This document shows positions 27,601 through 32,000 of a DNA stretch of 32,000 nt, in pieces; position 1 is the stretch's first letter, and the number at the start of each line of letters is the position of its first letter. Below the pieces are notes generated by a model. The model was not told where the DNA came from. It saw only the letters and a list, made by a program, of their open reading frames with translations, and searched no databases. This DNA is from Erysipelotrichaceae bacterium MTC7 (GTDB lineage: Bacteria > Bacillota_I > Bacilli_A > Erysipelotrichales > Erysipelotrichaceae): NCBI GenBank assembly GCA_001695645.1, contig LVZN01000018.1, positions 7,891 through 39,890 on the forward strand. Direction: 5' to 3'. Made by a program: the position numbers and the translations under genes.

Positions 27601-30600
27601 CACTTGGATCAAAAGTTGTCGGTGCAACAAAAGCATCATACATACCAACGACAAGATCAGTTACAGAATCGCGATATTATGTAGAAGTTACTGCCACGCG
27701 TTATGGAACAAGCGAGACGATTACTAGTGATGAAGCATTGATTCGTGTCGTTGACGCGGCAATGACACCAGTGATTGAAAAACAACCAGAAAATGCAACC
27801 TATGGAAAGGGAGCGACAGCTTTACCACTAACGGTAAAAGTGCAAGCTGAAACAAGTACAACCTTAAACTACCAGTGGTACAAAAAAGAAGTAGGACAAG
27901 AGGCTGGTGTTGCAATTGCAGGGGCAACAAAAGCTAGTTATATGCCAAGCACAACGACAGTTTCAGAAACAAACTATTATGTAGAAGTCACAGCAGAGCG
28001 CTATGGAACAAGCGCTTCTCTAACAAGTAATGAAGCAACTGTACATGTAATTGATGCAGCCAGTGTTCCTGTAATAGAAAAACATCCAGAAGGAGCAATT
28101 TATGGAAAAGGTGCAACTGCAGCACCGCTTGCAGTAAAAGTACAAGCTGTAGAAAATACAACATTTACCTATCAATGGTACAAAAAAGTAGAAGGAGAAC
28201 ATGCGGGTAGCAAGATTGAAAATGCTACCGAAGCAACCTATAAACCAACGACAAGCACGGTTGACACAACAAACTATTATGTAGAAGTTAAAGCAGAACG
28301 CTATGGAACAAGCGCTTCCTTGACAAGTAATGAAGCAACTGTAAATGTAGTTAATGCAGCAGGTGTTCCAGTGATCGAGAAACATCCAGAAGGAACAACC
28401 TATGGAAAAGGAGCAACTGCAACACCACTTGCAGTAAAAGTACGTGCGGAAGAAAACACAACCATTCACTATCAGTGGTATCAAAAACCAGTGGGACAAT
28501 CAAAAATTAAGATTACAGGCGCTACAGAAGCGACCTATATGCCAACTACGGTTGCTGTTTCAGAAATGAACTATTATGTCGAAGTCACAGCAGAGCGTTA
28601 CGGGACAAGAGGAATTGCAAAAAGCAAGGAAGCAACGATTCGTGTCGTTGATGCGGCAATGACACCAGTGATTGAAAAGCAACCAAAAGATGCAACTTAT
28701 GGGAAAGGTGCATCTGCAACACCGCTTGCAGTAGAAGTGCGTGCCGTAGAAAACACAACGTTTACGTATCAGTGGTACAAAAAAGAAGTAGGAGAATCTT
28801 CAGGCACCAAGATTGAAAAAGCCACAGAAGCAACCTATACACCAACGACAAGTACGGTTGCGACAACAAACTATTATATAGAAGTCACAGCAGAGCGCTA
28901 TGGAACAAGTGCATCTCTAACAAGTAATGAAGCAACTATACAAGTAATCGATGTAGCAAGTGTACCGGTAATTGAAAAACATCCAGAAGGAGCGACTTAT
29001 GGAAAAGGTGCAACTGCAGCACCGCTTGCAGTAAAAATACAAGCTGTAGAAAATACAACATTTACGTATCAATGGTACAAAAAAGAAACAGGACAACACG
29101 CGGGTAGCAAGATTGAAAATGCTACCGAAGCAACCTATAAACCAACGACAAGTACAGTTGGTACAACAAACTATTATGTAGAAGTTAAAGCAGAACGCTA
29201 TGGAACCGTTGCTTCTTTGACAAGTAATGAAGCAACTGTAAATGTAGTTAGTGCAGCAGGTGTTCCAGTGATCGAGAAACATCCAGAAGGAACAACCTAT
29301 GGAAAAGGAGCAACTGCAACACCACTTGCAGTAAAAGTACGTGCGGAAGAAAACACAACCATTCATTATCAGTGGTATCAAAAACCAGTGGGACAATCAA
29401 AAATTAAGATTACAGGTGCTACAGAAGCGACCTATATGCCAACTACGGTTGCTGTTTCAGAAACGAACTATTATGTCGAAGTCACAGCAGAGCGTTACGG
29501 GACAAGAGGAATTGCAAAAAGCAAGGAAGCAACGATTCGTGTCGTTGATGCGGCAATGACACCAGTGATTGAAAAGCAACCAAAAGATGCAACTTATGGG
29601 AAAGGTGCATCTGCAACACCGCTTGCAGTAGAAGTGCGTGCCGTAGAAAACACAACGTTTACGTATCAGTGGTACAAAAAAGAAGTAGGAGAATCTTCAG
29701 GCACCAAGATTGAAAAAGCCACAGAAGCAACCTATACACCAACGACAAGCACGGTTGGCACAACAAACTATTATATAGAAGTCACAGCAGAGCGCTATGG
29801 AACTAGTGCTTCTCTAACAAGTAAGGAAGCAACTATACAAGTAATTGATGCAGCAAGTGATCCGGTAATTGAAAAACATCCAAAAGGAGCGACTTATGGA
29901 AAAGGTGCAACTGCAGCACCGCTTGCAGTAAAAATACAAGCTGTAGATAATACAACATTTACGTATCAATGGTACAAAAAAGAAACAGGACAACACGCGG
30001 GTAGCAAGATTGAAAAAGCTACAGAAGCAACCTATACACCAACGACAAGCACGGTTGGCACAACAAACTATTATGTAGAAGTTAAAGCAGAACGCTATGG
30101 AACAAGCGCTTCCTTGACAAGTAATGAAGCAACTGTAAATGTAGTTAGTGCAGCAGGTGTTCCAGTAATCGAGAAACACCCAGAAGCGGCTATCTATGGA
30201 AAGAATGCCAGCGCGATACCTCTAGTAGTAGAAGCAAGTAATGAAAATCGTGGAGAGCTGTCATATCAATGGTACAAGAATGAAGTAGATGATACGACAA
30301 CAGGAACACGAATCAAAGATGCAAATGCAACAAGCTACATACCAGATACGGAAGTAATTGGAACTTTCTACTATTATGTAAAAGTTAGCAATACATACTA
30401 CGGCACAAGCGTAGACAGTGTAAGTCGTACAGCAAAAGTAGATGTCCTTCCAGCAGCTACAAAACCGATACTTGAAAACCAACCAAGTAATATGCGTTAC
30501 ATCGTTAATGAACAAGCGAAAGCACTCAAAGTAAGTGCAAAAGCAGACGATGGTGGTCAATTATCTTATCAGTGGTATCAATCGATGACAGGAGCTAAGG

Positions 30601-31832
30601 GTAGTTGGAAGGCTATTGAAAAGGCAAATGCGGAAAGTTTTGTGCCTGACACAAGTGCTGAAGGTGAAATCCACTATTATGTAGAAATTACGAATACGCT
30701 GCATGGAACCCATGCTAGCATCGTTAGTGATACTGTGCTGGTAACTACAGTAAAGCCCGCAAAGAAACCAGAAATCACCAAACAACCACAAGCGGCGAAA
30801 TACTTTGAAGATGATCATGCGATGGAACTTCTAGTGGAAGCAAAATCAACAGATGGTGGTTTGTTAAGTTATCAATGGTATGAAAGCAAAAGCAAGAACT
30901 TCAAGGATGCACAAATGATTGATGGTGCAACAGATGCAAGATATCTTCCATCAACAGCCAAAAGTGCAACAACATACTATGGGGTAAAGGTTACAAATAC
31001 CAGAAAAGGTGAAAAAGCTAGTATTGCTAGTGAGCTCGTTGCTGTTGAAGTTGTCAAACATACACAGGTTCCTGTCATTGTTAATCAACCAACTGGTGCA
31101 ACGTATATCGTAGACGAACAACCAGTGGCATTAGAAGTGCGTGCAACAAACAGTGATCATGGAACTCTAGCGTATCAGTGGTATGAAAAAATGGCTGCTG
31201 ATCAAGAAGATGTACAACTTGAAGCAAATGGTACTTCCTTCCTTCCAGATACGACCACACTAGGAGCACGTCAATATTATGTATTGGTTTCAAATACGTT
31301 AAACAATGAAACAAAAACGGTAAAAAGTGATGTTGTTACTATTCAAGTAATTGAAGAAAAAGAAGAAGAGGGATTGCCGATTGATAACTCTGATAATACA
31401 ACAAATGTAGTAGACAACAACAAAGACAATACAAGTAATAAAGACAAAATTGATGGAAATGGTTCAAAAAACAACACAGGTGATGAACTTGATTCGATGC
31501 AAAATGAAACGAGTAGAAAATCTGCGAATGATCAAAAAAATGACTTACGTTCTCATACGAAAGCGAGTCCTATTGACAGTTCGAATAAAAATGAGATTCT
31601 ACAAAATCCAGATGAAGCAAAAACAAATGATAAGACAAACCAAGATAAACAAACCTTTGAAAATCGTGGGAAAAGACGAACAAAAAACATGAATAGTTTA
31701 CTTTCAAGTCATATGTTTGGTTTTGGTATAGGGTCCATCATTATTCTGTTGTTGGGTTTCTTCTTCTTCTTCTTCTTCTTATTATTCAAAAAGAAAAAAG
31801 AAGAAGCTGAGGAAGAAAACACAAACAATTAA
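24534..31832 (+). CDS. Giant secreted, C-terminally membrane-anchored repeat protein (2,432 aa; 22 tandem Ig-like 'YQWY' modules); putative adhesin, family unassigned
   Basis: ATG at 24534 preceded by GAGGAG (the track's GTG at 24504 has no SD). Signal peptide-like N-terminus. 22 modules of ~100 aa with a conserved skeleton. N/D/K-rich stalk. Single C-terminal TM helix plus KKKK. One uninterrupted 7.3-kb frame. Confidence 0.9.
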   Translation: MKEKRKDKNQIRNFTMMTLIVCSLCINAFFATDTINHVNLKPKVSDELPRIVSKADAMEKLVIEIDEHPIEGNYIYGQEAVPLRAKGHVDGKPNQKITYKWYVNDKPSLEGVKEIPNTDSTSYTPPVDQLGTKYYYAALGSVGVAGLMPVYYYGMTKMVKVTVHKKIETPRILTHPTGATYKQNASAKALSVISDYKAGDDYSYQWYKTTNNGNAGGTVIQGATTPTYKPSTTTAGTMYYYVQITSKGYNQSKKVVSNPAKVVVEKTADIPIIKTQPKDVEVVRQSKGTTRLQVEAVSSDGGTLSYRWFWSLSGKMDKSSDIELNEGTNSYYDVPINLTGKEYYYVEITNTLGNQSASIDSNLVTVDTYRAKSPSITKNLVDGDYYLGDKVEPLSVKADSPDGGSLSYQWYVSDTNSINDGVIIPKATSTTYTPDISKESNKYYFVRITNKFKDDTAIRDSSIARVRVRKAPSKPKILTQPNDVEAIEDSNGTGVSVVAEVSDGGKMSYQWYELESKDATTKTKLTDGRARSKTYYPSTSALGVRYFQVVITNELNDATAMVESDVVAFKVTTKAPLPTITEQPQSATYGQGAKAKTLTTKANVAPGIIRYTWLKSKDKKTWEVVKEDTTSGYTPKTDEIGLSYYRAEVRNYYGLGHSMLLSDIATIEVVKAASTPTITKQPESKIYGQGALAKALEVSAKVEDGGALSYQWYENTTKSNTGGKKLYQTTESLPVTTEQIGSKYYYVEVTNTLHGTQQTIASDPVEIKVVNKASKPTIDKVPENAIYEIHEPAEALEIIASSIDEGSLSYQWYVYDTVTGEEKKPIEGEISKTYVPDTSKLGEKAYAVEVTNNLYGTKANVISEKVIVEVVPATGKPIIDKQPSSAIYGIGATPRDLTVGVVEQEGYVLSYQWFKNDENTMDGASLIEGANKSSYSPSVETKGTTFYFVKVTNTQNKISKSTLSNLAKVEVVDPVGTPTFEKQPEDATYGKDAVASPLTVEVRPAKPNTRFSYQWYKKSKNQALGSKVVGATKASYIPTTRSVTESRYYVEVTATRYGTSETITSDEALIRVVDAAMTPVIEKQPENATYGKGATALPLTVKVQAETSTTLNYQWYKKEVGQEAGVAIAGATKASYMPSTTTVSETNYYVEVTAERYGTSASLTSNEATVHVIDAASVPVIEKHPEGAIYGKGATAAPLAVKVQAVENTTFTYQWYKKVEGEHAGSKIENATEATYKPTTSTVDTTNYYVEVKAERYGTSASLTSNEATVNVVNAAGVPVIEKHPEGTTYGKGATATPLAVKVRAEENTTIHYQWYQKPVGQSKIKITGATEATYMPTTVAVSEMNYYVEVTAERYGTRGIAKSKEATIRVVDAAMTPVIEKQPKDATYGKGASATPLAVEVRAVENTTFTYQWYKKEVGESSGTKIEKATEATYTPTTSTVATTNYYIEVTAERYGTSASLTSNEATIQVIDVASVPVIEKHPEGATYGKGATAAPLAVKIQAVENTTFTYQWYKKETGQHAGSKIENATEATYKPTTSTVGTTNYYVEVKAERYGTVASLTSNEATVNVVSAAGVPVIEKHPEGTTYGKGATATPLAVKVRAEENTTIHYQWYQKPVGQSKIKITGATEATYMPTTVAVSETNYYVEVTAERYGTRGIAKSKEATIRVVDAAMTPVIEKQPKDATYGKGASATPLAVEVRAVENTTFTYQWYKKEVGESSGTKIEKATEATYTPTTSTVGTTNYYIEVTAERYGTSASLTSKEATIQVIDAASDPVIEKHPKGATYGKGATAAPLAVKIQAVDNTTFTYQWYKKETGQHAGSKIEKATEATYTPTTSTVGTTNYYVEVKAERYGTSASLTSNEATVNVVSAAGVPVIEKHPEAAIYGKNASAIPLVVEASNENRGELSYQWYKNEVDDTTTGTRIKDANATSYIPDTEVIGTFYYYVKVSNTYYGTSVDSVSRTAKVDVLPAATKPILENQPSNMRYIVNEQAKALKVSAKADDGGQLSYQWYQSMTGAKGSWKAIEKANAESFVPDTSAEGEIHYYVEITNTLHGTHASIVSDTVLVTTVKPAKKPEITKQPQAAKYFEDDHAMELLVEAKSTDGGLLSYQWYESKSKNFKDAQMIDGATDARYLPSTAKSATTYYGVKVTNTRKGEKASIASELVAVEVVKHTQVPVIVNQPTGATYIVDEQPVALEVRATNSDHGTLAYQWYEKMAADQEDVQLEANGTSFLPDTTTLGARQYYVLVSNTLNNETKTVKSDVVTIQVIEEKEEEGLPIDNSDNTTNVVDNNKDNTSNKDKIDGNGSKNNTGDELDSMQNETSRKSANDQKNDLRSHTKASPIDSSNKNEILQNPDEAKTNDKTNQDKQTFENRGKRRTKNMNSLLSSHMFGFGIGSIIILLLGFFFFFFFLLFKKKKEEAEEENTNN
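24714..31352 (+). repeat. In-frame array of 22 tandem ~300-nt (~100-aa) coding modules
   Basis: 22 occurrences of the (S/T)Y(Q/K/R/T)W(Y/F/L) core. Each is flanked by the same upstream P-x-I-x-x-(Q/H)P...L-x-V and downstream GAT...Y-x-P...YY-x-(E/K)V-(T/S)N...V-x-V pattern. Confidence 0.9.
27744..30180 (+). repeat. Higher-order tandem repeat: 897-bp (three-module, 299-codon) unit, ~2.7 copies
   Basis: Unit boundaries at 27744 / 28641 / 29538. Segment 28355-28852 recurs at 29252-29749 with only 3 substitutions (28469, 28520, 28567). 28568-28852 = 29465-29749 is a perfect 285-bp repeat. Antisense shadow ORFs recur at the same 897-nt spacing (28020, 28917, 29814). Confidence 0.95.
31716..31787 (+). 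other. C-terminal transmembrane anchor of the giant protein
   Basis: FGFGIGSIIILLLGFFFFFFFLLF (24 hydrophobic residues), followed by KKKKEEAEEENTNN. No LPxTG-type motif precedes it. Confidence 0.75.
31758..31778 (+). repeat. (TTC)7 trinucleotide microsatellite encoding poly-Phe inside the TM anchor
   Basis: Seven consecutive in-frame TTC codons. Confidence 0.95.
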
Positions 31833-31856
31833 CATATCACAATAAATAGGGAGCAA

Positions 31857-31898
31857 AGAGGATGTCATAATGAAAAGAAGACAACCTCTTTTTTTGCT
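31857..31898 (+). terminator. Rho-independent terminator of the giant gene
   Basis: AAAGAGGATGTC (31857-31868) / GACAACCTCTTT (31882-31893), 12-bp stem with one mismatch, 13-nt loop, then a T-run to ~31897. Confidence 0.8.
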
Positions 31899-32000
31899 TA
31901 CGTTCCGTGAGCAAAAAAAAGACGGGAGTGTCAAGAAAAGTGTGTAAGTAATTAATGGAAGTTAATGTACTTGTTAACACGTTCCTCAAAATTGGGATTG

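Noticed and set aside
28020-30179. Three Cys-rich minus-strand ORFs (28020-28499, 28917-29396, 29814-30179; 159/159/121 aa) that are near-identical to one another
   Set aside because: They lie entirely antisense to the giant gene. They recur at exactly the 897-nt period of the sense-strand repeat, have no SD, and have odd low-complexity composition (C/F/I/Y-rich). They are shadow ORFs created by the codon bias of the sense frame, not a gene family.
27744-30180. Regularly spaced tandem repeats that could superficially suggest a CRISPR-like array
   Set aside because: The period is 897 bp and there is no short repeat/unique spacer organisation. Everything is in one long coding frame and no cas genes are present.
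31952-31999. Possible 3' end of a convergent minus-strand gene at the window edge (…NPNFEERVNKYINFH*)
   Set aside because: Only 15 codons are visible and there is no recognisable motif, so a feature call cannot be supported.

Overview
AT-rich chromosomal window from a low-GC Gram-positive (Bacillota-type) genome. Most of it is a conserved housekeeping backbone. (1) 1-5045: distal part of the F1F0 ATP synthase operon (atpF partial, then atpH-A-G-D-C) with a clean terminator. (2) 5.1-10.3 kb: a looser accessory-metabolism stretch. It holds a ~590-bp non-coding gap, an orphan PstS-like lipoprotein, a GltD/NfnB-like Fe-S flavoprotein, an FAH-family hydrolase, a convergent Gfo/Idh/MocA oxidoreductase and a Dps. 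(3) 10.4-21.3 kb: ten co-directional, tightly packed genes (uvrA, hprK, an lgt::ppaX fusion, trxB, an MBL-fold hydrolase, rapZ, yvcK, whiA, a small membrane protein, an Eis-like GNAT). This reproduces Bacillus-type yvo/yvc synteny. (4) 21.6-24.3 kb: two monocistronic amino-sugar genes (GatZ/KbaZ family, NagA), each bracketed by terminators. (5) 24.5-31.8 kb: one 7.3-kb gene for a 2,432-aa secreted, C-terminally membrane-anchored protein. It is built from 22 tandem ~100-aa 'YQWY' modules and includes an 897-bp (three-module) higher-order tandem repeat with a 285-bp perfectly identical stretch. I found no tRNA/rRNA genes, CRISPR arrays, transposases/integrases, phage genes or recognisable defence genes. 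I do not see a convincing novel multi-gene system. The giant repeat protein is the most novel and accessory element. The other findings (lgt::ppaX fusion, Fur-family-like operator at dps, orphan transport and sugar genes, unexplained intergenic region) are modest. Several ORF-track starts are over-extended and were moved to SD-supported starts. CDS coordinates include the stop codon.
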